DNA from: Herbidospora yilanensis
Lineage (GTDB): Bacteria > Actinomycetota > Actinomycetes > Streptosporangiales > Streptosporangiaceae
Reading direction: 5' to 3'
Assembly: GCF_001570565.1 (NCBI RefSeq)
Contig: NZ_BBXE01000013.1
Span: forward strand, 264,984 to 328,983
Length of the DNA: 64,000 nt
Shown: piece after piece, positions 38,103 to 46,046 of the stretch
How the letters are laid out: each line of letters opens with the position of its first letter
How positions within the stretch are numbered: position 1 is the stretch's first letter
Notes under the pieces: model-generated
Told to the model about the DNA's origin: nothing
The model's input: only the letters and a program-made list of their open reading frames with translations
Databases searched by the model: none
Program-made: the position numbers and the translations under genes

Positions 38103-39089
38103 CACCCGGGTGATCGCCTCGGCGGCGGCGGGGGCGCGGCCGGCGTCCACGAAGCCGCTGACGATGAACACCCCGCCGGAGAAGAACGGCATGAACCGGG
38201 CCTCGATGCCGTAGCTGGCCCCCATCCGGCCGCGCAGTTCGCGGTTGAGCAGGGAGTCGGGGCCGCCGCCGAGCAGTTCGCCCGCGACCCGGGCCGACGG
38301 CCAGCGCGGGTCGAGCCGGTCGACCGCGAAGCCGCCCAGCACGAGCCGGGTCTGGGGGCCGCCCCGGCCCGGCCGGTGCGTGCGGCCGGGCGTGTCCGCC
38401 GGGAGCGGCGGGACGTCGGCGAGGGGCAGGTCGTCCCCGGCGGGCACGCCGGCGAACGCCTTCGCGGCGGCGTCGGCGGCGCCGGTCCCGGCCAGGTCGC
38501 CGGCCACGACCAGGGTCATCCGGGCGGCGCCGGGCACGACGGCGGCGACGTCGTCCAGGGTCAGCGTGCGCCAGACCGCCTCGGTGCCGCCGAGCGGGCG
38601 GCCGTACCGGGAGCCGGGGGCCAGCACCGACTCGTGCACGAGTTTGTTGCCGAGCGCGATCGGGTCGTCGGACTCCATGGCCCGTTCGGCCACGACCTGG
38701 CGGCGCAGCGCCTCGAACGAGCGGGCCGTCGGCGTGAAGGGGTGCACCATCGCGGCCATCGCCTCGAACAACCGGGGCAGTTCGGCGGCCGGGCAGTCGC
38801 CCATGACGATCGGGCCCCGGTGCCCGCACCGCGTGGTGACCATCCCGCCCGCCAGGGCGAGGTCGCCGACGGTCCCGTCGCGGTGGTGCGGCGCGTCGGC
38901 GTTGAGCAGCGCCGCGTACGCCGCCACCACCCCCTCGGTCTCCGGGCGTTCGACCGCCGTGGTCGGCAGCAGGATCGACAGGGCGGCGGTGGCGACGTGC
39001 CGTCCGGGCATGTCGGCGAGCAGCACCCGCAGGCCGTTGTCCAGCGTGAACGTCTCCGGCTGCGGGAAACGCCAGGTCACAGGATCCAT
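37824..39089 (-). CDS. M16-family peptidase-like subunit lacking the HxxEH zinc motif
   Basis: Internal start MDPVTWRFPQPETFTLDNGLRVLLADMPGR in track ORF 37824..39449-. It has the two-lobe M16 fold signature but no HxxEH. It overlaps the upstream M16 gene by 13 nt. Confidence 0.75.
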   Translation of the reverse strand: MDPVTWRFPQPETFTLDNGLRVLLADMPGRHVATAALSILLPTTAVERPETEGVVAAYAALLNADAPHHRDGTVGDLALAGGMVTTRCGHRGPIVMGDCPAAELPRLFEAMAAMVHPFTPTARSFEALRRQVVAERAMESDDPIALGNKLVHESVLAPGSRYGRPLGGTEAVWRTLTLDDVAAVVPGAARMTLVVAGDLAGTGAADAAAKAFAGVPAGDDLPLADVPPLPADTPGRTHRPGRGGPQTRLVLGGFAVDRLDPRWPSARVAGELLGGGPDSLLNRELRGRMGASYGIEARFMPFFSGGVFIVSGFVDAGRAPAAAEAITRVLTQLREGDVDGGLVTRVRDRMLAAAPELYESTLAVTQQYAELLSCGIDPPEYVDRHLGLLAALDADLVTADFASLVDPALLHTVAVGRFETG

Positions 39090-40258
39090 GAGGGTTCTCC
39101 GGCGGCGTGGAAGGCGACGACCGACGGCCGTGCCATCGGCCCGGCGGCCAGCGCGGCCACCTCGGCGTTGGTGACCCGGCGGACGGCGTCGAGCCGCGTG
39201 GTGACCCCGGCGGCGTCGCCCGACCAGGCGTGTTCCCGGCACAACTCCTCGGCGAGTGTGCGGGCGGCCCCGAGGGCCCCGAGTTGTTCCCTGATGCGCA
39301 GGGCCTTGGCGGCGGCCAGCACGTCGGGCGGCAGCCCGTCGCGGGCCACGGCGGCCAGACGGGCGGCGACGTCCCGTTCGAGCGCGGCCAGGTCGGCCGA
39401 GGCCGGGACCGACAGCTTGACCAGGCCGATCGACGGGCCGAGCGCGCACCGGGCGTGCTGGCCGAGCGCGCCGAGCAGGCCGGGCCGCGAGCCGAGCACC
39501 GACCAGGGGGCGCTGGCCAGCGCCGCCATCACCACCTCGGCGGCGGCCGATCCCGGCGGCAGGGCGAAGGTCAGCCGCACCATGGACGTCGGCTGGCCCT
39601 CCTCGACGTCCTCCCGCGCGCCCAGCGGCTCCCCGGTGACCGGCGGCGGGGCCGGCCGGCCCGAGGGAAACCCGGCCAGGTGGTTCCCGGCGATCTCCAC
39701 GGCCGCGTCGGGGTCGGCCGCGCCGACGACCGACACGACCAGCCGGTCGGCGCCGTAGTGGGCCTCCACGAACGTGGCCACGTCGTCGGGCGTCACGGCG
39801 GCGACCTCGGCGGGGTCGCCGACCGGCGGGCGGCCCGCCGGGTGGTCGCGCCCGAATAACAACCGCAGGCCGCGCCGCAGCCCCGACCCGAACCGGCCGG
39901 GTTCGTCGCGTTCGCGGATCTCCTCCAGCACGATCCGGCGGTGTCCCGCCAGCACGTCCCCGGTCACGCCGCGCCGGCCGCGCCGCACCCGGTCGCCGGC
40001 CTCGGCCAGCATCGCCGGGAGGGTGACCGCCGGGCCGGTCGCCACGTAGTTCGTGGACTCGTAGCCGGTGGTGGCCTGCGCCGAGCCGTTCTCGGACATG
40101 ACGTGCTCGACCACGTGAGCCAGGCCCGACCTGCCGATGGGGTCGTGCAGGGAGCCCGCGCCGTGCCAGGCGTTGACCGCGACGAAGCCGAGCCCCGGGT
40201 CGGGCCGCACGACCAGGGTCGCGCCGCCCGGCAGCCGGCGGGTGACCAGCCCGTCCAT
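39077..40258 (-). CDS. M16-family zinc metallopeptidase (pitrilysin/insulinase type)
   Basis: Internal start MDGLVTRRLPGGATLVV in track ORF 39077..40792-, with the inverted zinc motif GLAHVVEHVM (HxxEH). The start shares one base with the ABC gene stop (TGATG). Confidence 0.8.
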   Translation of the reverse strand: MDGLVTRRLPGGATLVVRPDPGLGFVAVNAWHGAGSLHDPIGRSGLAHVVEHVMSENGSAQATTGYESTNYVATGPAVTLPAMLAEAGDRVRRGRRGVTGDVLAGHRRIVLEEIRERDEPGRFGSGLRRGLRLLFGRDHPAGRPPVGDPAEVAAVTPDDVATFVEAHYGADRLVVSVVGAADPDAAVEIAGNHLAGFPSGRPAPPPVTGEPLGAREDVEEGQPTSMVRLTFALPPGSAAAEVVMAALASAPWSVLGSRPGLLGALGQHARCALGPSIGLVKLSVPASADLAALERDVAARLAAVARDGLPPDVLAAAKALRIREQLGALGAARTLAEELCREHAWSGDAAGVTTRLDAVRRVTNAEVAALAAGPMARPSVVAFHAAGEPSWIL

Positions 40259-41994
40259 CACGCGCCCACGGGGGCGGGGGCCGCCTGGGCGTGCACGAAC
40301 GCCTGGTAGGCGGGGCTGGCCGACGACAACGTGCCGTGGTCGCCCACGGCGGTGACGCGGCCGGCGTCGACGACCACGATCGTGCCGGCCGCGGCGACCG
40401 TCGACAGGCGGTGGGTGACCATCACCACGGCCCGGTCGCGGCCCAGGTCGGCGAGCAGGTCGGTGAGCCGCCGTTCGTTGACGCCGTCCATGTGCGCGGT
40501 CGGTTCGTCGAGCAGCAGGATCTCGGCGTCGGTCAGCAGGGCGCGGGCGATGGACAGGCGCTGCTCCTCGCCGCCGGACATCTGGTCGCCCGCGCCGAGC
40601 ACCGCGTCCAGCCCGGCGGGCAGGGCGCGCACGGCCTGCTCCAGGCCGACGTCGCGCAGCGCGGTCCACAACTCGTCGTCGGACGGGGCGTCCGACCGGC
40701 CCAGCGTCAGGTTCTCGCGCACGGTCATGGACAGGATCGCCGACCCCTGCTCGACCAGGGCGACCCGGCGGCGGGCCTCGGCTGTCGGCCACTCGTGGAG
40801 GGGCGCGCCGAGGAGCTCCACCCGCCCGGCGTCGGTCTCGACGAAGCCCTCCACCACGTTGAGCAGAGTCGACTTGCCCGCTCCCGACGGTCCGACGATC
40901 GCCAGCACCCCGGTGCGCGGCACCTCAAGAGACACCCCGTCGAGCACCGGCTTGCCGCCGAGCGACACCACGACGTCCGAGAGCCGCAGCGCCGGCGCGC
41001 CCGGCGTCACCTCGGGCGCGCGGGCCGCCCCGGCCGGTTCGGTCTCCGCGCCGAGCACCTCGTCGACCCGCCGCGCGGCGGCCTTGCCGACCGCGATCCT
41101 GCCCGCGCCCTGCGCCAGCGCCATCAGCGGGTTGACGAGCTGGAACAGGTACATCAGGAAGGCGATGAACGCCGTGGTCTCCAGCGCGCCCGAGGCCAGG
41201 CGCACCCCGCCCACGGCGAGCACGCCGATGATGGCGACCTGCTGGCCCAGGCCCATCAGCGGGCTGATCGCCGCCTGGGCCCGCGCCGAGCGCACCGCCG
41301 ACGCCGCCGCCTCGCCGATCTCGTTCTCCAGCGGGGCGATGGCCCGGTCCTCCGCCCGGTACGCCTTGACCGTCGTCACCATCGTGAACACCGACTGCGC
41401 GGCCTGGGCCAGCCGGCCGAGCGCGGCCTGCTGCGCCTCGGCCGCCCGGCGCATGCCCGCCAGGAAGGCCCTGATGGCGATCGCGGCCACGACGAACGTG
41501 CCGACCGTCACGGCCAGCATCACCCAGTCGAGGATGCCCATCACGATCAGGTACGCCGTCACCATCACCGCCGAGACCGGCATGACCGTGACGCCCGTGT
41601 CGGTGATCGCGCGCATCTGGGCGGCGTCGGGCCCCATCCGGGAGACCACCTCGCCCACGCCGATCCGCCGGATCACCGGCACCCGCAGGCGCACCGCCCG
41701 GCGCACCACGGCCAGGCGCACGTCCTCGATGGCCCGTTCCCCGGCCGCGCTCAGCAGGTAGGACGACCAGCCTCCGGCGAACGCCCCGGCCAGCACGATC
41801 ACGACGAGCTGCGCCACCGGCCAGACGACGTCCCCGCCCGTCCCGCCGATCACGCCCAGGATGCGGGCGATCAGCAGCGGCGTGACGATCCCGGCCGCGG
41901 CCGAGACCAGGGCGAGCACCACCGAGGCGGCCAGCCGGCCCCGCCGCGCCCTAACCGACCGGGACAACAACCCGAGTGTCGGCGACTCCGCCAT
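40258..41994 (-). CDS. ABC exporter, fused permease and ATPase (type I exporter)
   Basis: Six N-terminal TM helices. Walker A is GPSGAGKST, the signature is MSGGEEQRLSIARAL and Walker B is ILLLDEPTAHMD. Confidence 0.9.
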   Translation of the reverse strand: MAESPTLGLLSRSVRARRGRLAASVVLALVSAAAGIVTPLLIARILGVIGGTGGDVVWPVAQLVVIVLAGAFAGGWSSYLLSAAGERAIEDVRLAVVRRAVRLRVPVIRRIGVGEVVSRMGPDAAQMRAITDTGVTVMPVSAVMVTAYLIVMGILDWVMLAVTVGTFVVAAIAIRAFLAGMRRAAEAQQAALGRLAQAAQSVFTMVTTVKAYRAEDRAIAPLENEIGEAAASAVRSARAQAAISPLMGLGQQVAIIGVLAVGGVRLASGALETTAFIAFLMYLFQLVNPLMALAQGAGRIAVGKAAARRVDEVLGAETEPAGAARAPEVTPGAPALRLSDVVVSLGGKPVLDGVSLEVPRTGVLAIVGPSGAGKSTLLNVVEGFVETDAGRVELLGAPLHEWPTAEARRRVALVEQGSAILSMTVRENLTLGRSDAPSDDELWTALRDVGLEQAVRALPAGLDAVLGAGDQMSGGEEQRLSIARALLTDAEILLLDEPTAHMDGVNERRLTDLLADLGRDRAVVMVTHRLSTVAAAGTIVVVDAGRVTAVGDHGTLSSASPAYQAFVHAQAAPAPVGA

Positions 41995-42970
41995 CGGACC
42001 CTCCCCTCGCGCGCACGGCGGCGAAGATCTCGCGCAGGTCGCGCATGCACTCGTCCTGGCCGTACATGTTGTTGACCGAGCTGGGGTTGACGACCACCTC
42101 GTCCACCCCCAGGTCGTGGTACTTGGCGATCTCGTCGGCGATGTGGTCGGGGTCGCCGTAGACGTACACCCCGGCCTGGACGAGTTCCCTGGCGCCCGAC
42201 ACCGGGTCGGAGGCGTCCACGTCGAGGCCCGCCCTGCGCAGCATGTCGGTGTAGTGGGGGGCCGACAGGTGGCTGATGCTGCCGTACTGGGCCAGCAGGT
42301 TGGCCGACCGGCCGGGCCGGGCGACGGCCGCGTGCACGACCGACACGATGCGCGGCGGCGGCTGCACCCCGGCCGCGCCCTGCGCGACGGCCGGCATGAC
42401 GACGTCCTCGATGTACTTGAGCGGCGTCAGCCACGTCATCGCGAGGTCGCCGCAGCGGCCGGTGACCCGGGCCATGGCGGGCCGCAGCACCCCCGCGCCG
42501 ATCTCCACCGGCGGGCAGTCCATCGGCGGCAGCGCGGCGTCGACGGTGAAGTGCTCTCCCTTGTGCCGCACGTGCTCGTTGCGGGCCAGCCGGCGGGCGA
42601 CGTCGATGAACTCGCCGACGATCGCGGCCGGTCTGGCGTACGGCTCGCCGCGCAACTGCGTCACGTACTGCGGGTAGGCGGCGCCGTAGCCGATCGCCAC
42701 CGGTTGTCCCATGAGCCGGGCCAGCGACCGGGCCTGCAACGCCGCGTCGTACGGGTGGCGCAGCACGATCAGCCCGACGGCCATGCCGATCGAGATCCGG
42801 CAGCCCGTCCCGGCCAGGTAGGCGACCGCCGGGTGGGACTCGATCCGCAACGACTGCCCGAGCCACAACCGCGCCGCGCCGATCTCCTCGGTCAGCCGGC
42901 CGTACGGGACGATCGTGTCCGGGTCGGTCGGCTGGTGCGGGAACATGAACGACACCTTGCGCGAGCTCAC
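41951..42970 (-). CDS. LLM-class (luciferase-like) flavin/F420-dependent oxidoreductase, candidate LanJ-type dehydroamino-acid reductase
   Basis: The C-terminal ~339 aa of track ORF 41951..43954-. The GTG start overlaps the upstream stop (GTGA), giving VSSRKVSFMFPHQP... (first beta-strand of the LLM TIM barrel). It continues ...LWLGQSL...IGMAVGLIVLRHPYDAA...GDPDHIADEIAKYHDLGVDEVVV. Confidence 0.75.
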   Translation of the reverse strand: MSSRKVSFMFPHQPTDPDTIVPYGRLTEEIGAARLWLGQSLRIESHPAVAYLAGTGCRISIGMAVGLIVLRHPYDAALQARSLARLMGQPVAIGYGAAYPQYVTQLRGEPYARPAAIVGEFIDVARRLARNEHVRHKGEHFTVDAALPPMDCPPVEIGAGVLRPAMARVTGRCGDLAMTWLTPLKYIEDVVMPAVAQGAAGVQPPPRIVSVVHAAVARPGRSANLLAQYGSISHLSAPHYTDMLRRAGLDVDASDPVSGARELVQAGVYVYGDPDHIADEIAKYHDLGVDEVVVNPSSVNNMYGQDECMRDLREIFAAVRARGGSDGGVADTRVVVPVG

Positions 42971-43938
42971 GACGCCACCTCCACCAGCGGGCTGTCGGCG
43001 TTGCGGTGCGGCGCGAGCGGGTCGGCGTTCGCCTCGGCGAGCGCCTCGGCGACGGCCTCGGCCAGGTCGCGGCCGTCGAACAGGTGCCGCGCCACGCCGT
43101 CGGCGACCGCCATCGTGCGGTGCTGGCCCAGGCTCATGCGGTCCCATCCGGGCCGGGTGTCGCGCGGCTCCCAGCCGTACGCGACGCCGTCGGCGATCGG
43201 GCTGGTCATCACCGAGTGGGCCGGGTTCAGGCCGGGCAGGTTCCGCACCGCCGCGACGAGGCCGCCCACGGCGTGCCACGACTCCTCGGTCAGGTAGACG
43301 ACGATCGCGTCCCGCCTCGGATACTGGTCGGCCTTCGCCAGCACCTTCGCCCGGTAGGTCGCCCCGGCGCCCTCCAGCCGACTCAGCACCGCGTGCCACA
43401 CGGCGGGCGCCATCGACGGCTCGTCGACGTGCAGGTAGATCCGCAGCATGTGGCCGCCGGCCCCGTGGCCGCCCGCCGAGCCGTTGACCAGGAAGAACCC
43501 GGGAGAGAGCGTCGGCCTGATCGCGGGCAGCTCCAGCGTGGTGCGGGTGCCGATCTCCGGCAGCGGCGTCGGGCTCTCGCCCCCGGGGATGCGCAGGCGC
43601 ACCCGGCCGACGTCGAAGAGCACGTGCCGGCCGAGCGGGCCGTCGATCATGGCCGACCGAACGACCGCCGGGGTGCGGCTGGTGCGGTGGGGGGTGGCCT
43701 CCCGCAGGAGGTCCTCGAAGTCGTAGTCGCGGCGCGGGTCCCACTCGCCGGTCCTGACGGCCGAGCCGCTGTGCCAGTGGCGGTAGAGCACCGGCCCGAG
43801 GTCCTGGCGCAACCGGGTGCGGTTGTCGCCCGTGACCGTCTCGTCCCCGACGGTCACCGACCGGGTGTCGGGGTCGAGGCGCAGGTCGCCGAGCAGGTGG
43901 TCGAGCCGGTCGAGGAGACCCTGGTGGGCGATGGTCAT
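42967..43938 (-). CDS. HopA1-effector-family protein, candidate phospho-Ser/Thr lyase (LxmY/TvaD-like)
   Basis: Internal start MTIAHQGLLDRLDHLL in track ORF 42967..44727-, 323 aa. It sits between an APH-type kinase and an LLM reductase, as in class V lanthipeptide and thioamitide clusters. Motifs such as MLRIYLHV, YRAKV and PRRDAIVVYL match my memory of the HopA1 family, but this was not verified by search. Confidence 0.6.
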   Translation of the reverse strand: MTIAHQGLLDRLDHLLGDLRLDPDTRSVTVGDETVTGDNRTRLRQDLGPVLYRHWHSGSAVRTGEWDPRRDYDFEDLLREATPHRTSRTPAVVRSAMIDGPLGRHVLFDVGRVRLRIPGGESPTPLPEIGTRTTLELPAIRPTLSPGFFLVNGSAGGHGAGGHMLRIYLHVDEPSMAPAVWHAVLSRLEGAGATYRAKVLAKADQYPRRDAIVVYLTEESWHAVGGLVAAVRNLPGLNPAHSVMTSPIADGVAYGWEPRDTRPGWDRMSLGQHRTMAVADGVARHLFDGRDLAEAVAEALAEANADPLAPHRNADSPLVEVAS

Positions 43939-43940
43939 GA

Positions 43941-45047
43941 TCAGTTCTCTCCAAGGCCGATGGTGGGGGCGAACTTCTCCGGCGTCGTGAGCGCGTTGCG
44001 GCCGATCCCGGCCATGCCGCGCTCCACCGCGCTGAGCCGCGCGCCGTGCACGGCGCCCGCGAGCAGCCGGTCGAAGAAGTGCCACCCGATGTAGCCGGTG
44101 GCCCGCACGGCCAGGCCCTCGTCCGGCTCGGCGACCTCCCGGTAGCCCTGCCAGAAGCGGCGGATGTGCTCGCGCACGGCCGACAGGTGCCGGTCGCCCG
44201 CGGCGACGATCGCCTCGTGGGCGGCGCCCGGCGACAGGCCCGTGTCCAGGTCGAGCTCGCGGAACATGCGCGCCACCGCGTGGTGCACGAACTCGCCCGC
44301 GAAGGCCCCGACGTCCCGGGCCGGGTCGTGGTGCCGGAACTCCTCCCAGTCGATGACGTACAGGTCGTCGCCGGAGCACAGGAACTGGTCCAGGCGCAGG
44401 TCGCCGTGGGTGACGGTGGCGGGGGCGGCGGCCGAGACCCGGTGCAGCGCGGCGAGCGCCTCGACCAGCACCTTGTCGTGCTGGAGCAGCGCCCACGCCT
44501 CGACCTCGCCGCCGCTGCAGTTGGCGTAGTCCTCGGGGCTCAGCGCGTAGAAGGCGTTGGCCCGGCGGTCGTCGGCCGACTCGGGCAGGTCCTCGGCGCG
44601 CGGCAGCGAGTGCACCTCGCCCAGCACCCGGCCCATCCGGTGGGCCAGCTCGACGTCGAGCTCCCCGGCCGCCAGCAGGTCGGAGGCGGCGCGGGAGTCC
44701 GGCACGTACTCGAAGACCAGCAGGCATTCGCCGGCGTCGGCGCCGTGGAAGGCCGGCACCCGCAGCTCGGCCGTCGCACGGCCGGCGATCAGCCGCTGGA
44801 AGGCCAGCACCCGGTCCATCCGGGCGGCGGCGTGCGCGCGGTCCCCCCGCAGGCGCTTGACGAACAGGTCGGGTCCCTCGGCGGTCGGCACCAGCCAGTT
44901 GTCGTTGCGGCCGAGGAAGCCGCGCATGCCCTCCACGATGGGCGTGGCCCCGCTGAGCGAGGCGACCGCCTGGACGAACTCCTCCGGGCGCGACACCGGC
45001 CGGGCCGCGACCAGCCGGGTCGTCTGTGTTTCCTCTTTCACGTCCAT
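43941..45047 (-). CDS. APH/choline-kinase-fold phosphotransferase, candidate RiPP Ser/Thr kinase (LxmK/TvaC-like)
   Basis: The catalytic loop is VTHGDLRLDQFL and the metal-binding segment is YVIDWEEF. The nucleotide-lobe segment reads DLFVKRL...LLVFEYVP. The start is taken at MDVKEETQ (M18 of track ORF 43941..45098-) and is uncertain. Confidence 0.75.
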   Translation of the reverse strand: MDVKEETQTTRLVAARPVSRPEEFVQAVASLSGATPIVEGMRGFLGRNDNWLVPTAEGPDLFVKRLRGDRAHAAARMDRVLAFQRLIAGRATAELRVPAFHGADAGECLLVFEYVPDSRAASDLLAAGELDVELAHRMGRVLGEVHSLPRAEDLPESADDRRANAFYALSPEDYANCSGGEVEAWALLQHDKVLVEALAALHRVSAAAPATVTHGDLRLDQFLCSGDDLYVIDWEEFRHHDPARDVGAFAGEFVHHAVARMFRELDLDTGLSPGAAHEAIVAAGDRHLSAVREHIRRFWQGYREVAEPDEGLAVRATGYIGWHFFDRLLAGAVHGARLSAVERGMAGIGRNALTTPEKFAPTIGLGEN

Positions 45048-45246
45048 GCGCCGAAATCTATGGACGCGGAAAGGCCCCGCGACATCCCAGGAAAGCACCG
45101 GCAGCAGGCATATGGCAGATGCCTGACAGATCCTTGCCGGCCGGTGTTCCCGAATGGCAGTCGGCCGGTGACGCGGGCGCGCAAATCCTCGTCATTTCGC
45201 CAGGACCGGCGGCCTAGTTTCCTTTGTTCCGAAGGAAGGAGATCTC

Positions 45247-45387
45247 ATGTCCAGCGAACTCATCGCGGGATACGCGAACTACGCCAGCACCGAATCGGTC
45301 CTGAGCGAGAACACGACCGCCGAGTGGTGGCCGATCACGTCGTACACCGTCACGCTCTCCACGACGACCACCTCGATCTGGATCTGA
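45247..45387 (+). CDS. RiPP precursor peptide 1 (46 aa)
   Basis: Not in the track because it is under 60 aa. SD GGAAGGAGA lies 6 nt upstream. The sequence is MSSELIAGYANYASTESVLSENTTAEWWPITSYTVTLSTTTTSIWI. It shares its leader with four downstream paralogs. Confidence 0.8.
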   Translation: MSSELIAGYANYASTESVLSENTTAEWWPITSYTVTLSTTTTSIWI

Positions 45388-45397
45388 GGGGCGCGCC

Positions 45398-45538
45398 GTG
45401 TCCGAGCTGATCGCGGGTTACGCCAATTACGCCAGCACCGAGGCGGTGCTCCAGGAACGTTCCGAGGCCGGCCGCTGGATCGAGTGGACCCTCTGGTTCA
45501 CCGTCACCATCTCCGTCACCCCCACCTCCTCCCTCTGA
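45398..45538 (+). CDS. RiPP precursor peptide 2 (46 aa, GTG start)
   Basis: (M)SELIAGYANYASTEAVLQERSEAGRWIEWTLWFTVTISVTPTSSL. GAGGGG lies upstream, and the ORF starts 10 nt after the peptide 1 stop. Confidence 0.75.
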   Translation: MSELIAGYANYASTEAVLQERSEAGRWIEWTLWFTVTISVTPTSSL

Positions 45539-45559
45539 ACCTGCTGAGAAAGGAAGACC

Positions 45560-45709
45560 ATGTCCGAGCTGATCGCCGGTTACGCCAACTACGCCTCCAC
45601 CGAGGCCATCCTCCAGGAGCGGCAGCTCGCCGCCCGTGAGCCCGAGACCGGCCTGTTCACGCTCACCATCACGATCTCGCTGACCATCACGGTCACGATC
45701 AGCCTCTGA
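45560..45709 (+). CDS. RiPP precursor peptide 3 (49 aa)
   Basis: MSELIAGYANYASTEAILQERQLAAREPETGLFTLTITISLTITVTISL. The SD is GAAAGGAAG. Confidence 0.8.
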   Translation: MSELIAGYANYASTEAILQERQLAAREPETGLFTLTITISLTITVTISL

Positions 45710-45722
45710 CCAGGAGGTCCCG

Positions 45723-45872
45723 ATGCACGAGCTCGTCGCCGGATACGCGAACTATGCCTCGGCCGAGGCGATCCTGCGGGAACAGGCCGCCGGGCGTGTT
45801 CTCGAAGCGGGTCTCTTCTTCTCGGTGACCTTCAGCTTCACCCACAGCAATTCCATCTCCTTCTCCATCTGA
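45723..45872 (+). CDS. RiPP precursor peptide 4 (49 aa)
   Basis: MHELVAGYANYASAEAILREQAAGRVLEAGLFFSVTFSFTHSNSISFSI. The SD is AGGAGG. Confidence 0.8.
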   Translation: MHELVAGYANYASAEAILREQAAGRVLEAGLFFSVTFSFTHSNSISFSI

Positions 45873-45890
45873 CCGAAAGGAAACGGGCGA

Positions 45891-46046
45891 ATGAACGACC
45901 TCATCGCCGGATACGCCAACTACGCCTCCACCGAGGCCATCCTGCACGAGCGGCAGATCGCGAGCCGCGACGCCGAATCGATCAGCGCGACCGTGACGGT
46001 CACCTGGACCCTCACCGTCTCCTGGTCCTACTCCTGGTCCTACTAG
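45891..46046 (+). CDS. RiPP precursor peptide 5 (51 aa)
   Basis: MNDLIAGYANYASTEAILHERQIASRDAESISATVTVTWTLTVSWSYSWSY. The SD is GAAAGGAAA. Its TAG stop shares the CTAG palindrome with the convergent LuxR gene stop. Confidence 0.8.
   Translation: MNDLIAGYANYASTEAILHERQIASRDAESISATVTVTWTLTVSWSYSWSY

Noticed and set aside
44046-45410. 454-aa plus ORF running through the kinase gene antisense and across precursor 1
   Set aside because: Its composition is shadow-like. The region is better explained by the minus-strand kinase gene plus the small plus-strand precursor with a strong SD.
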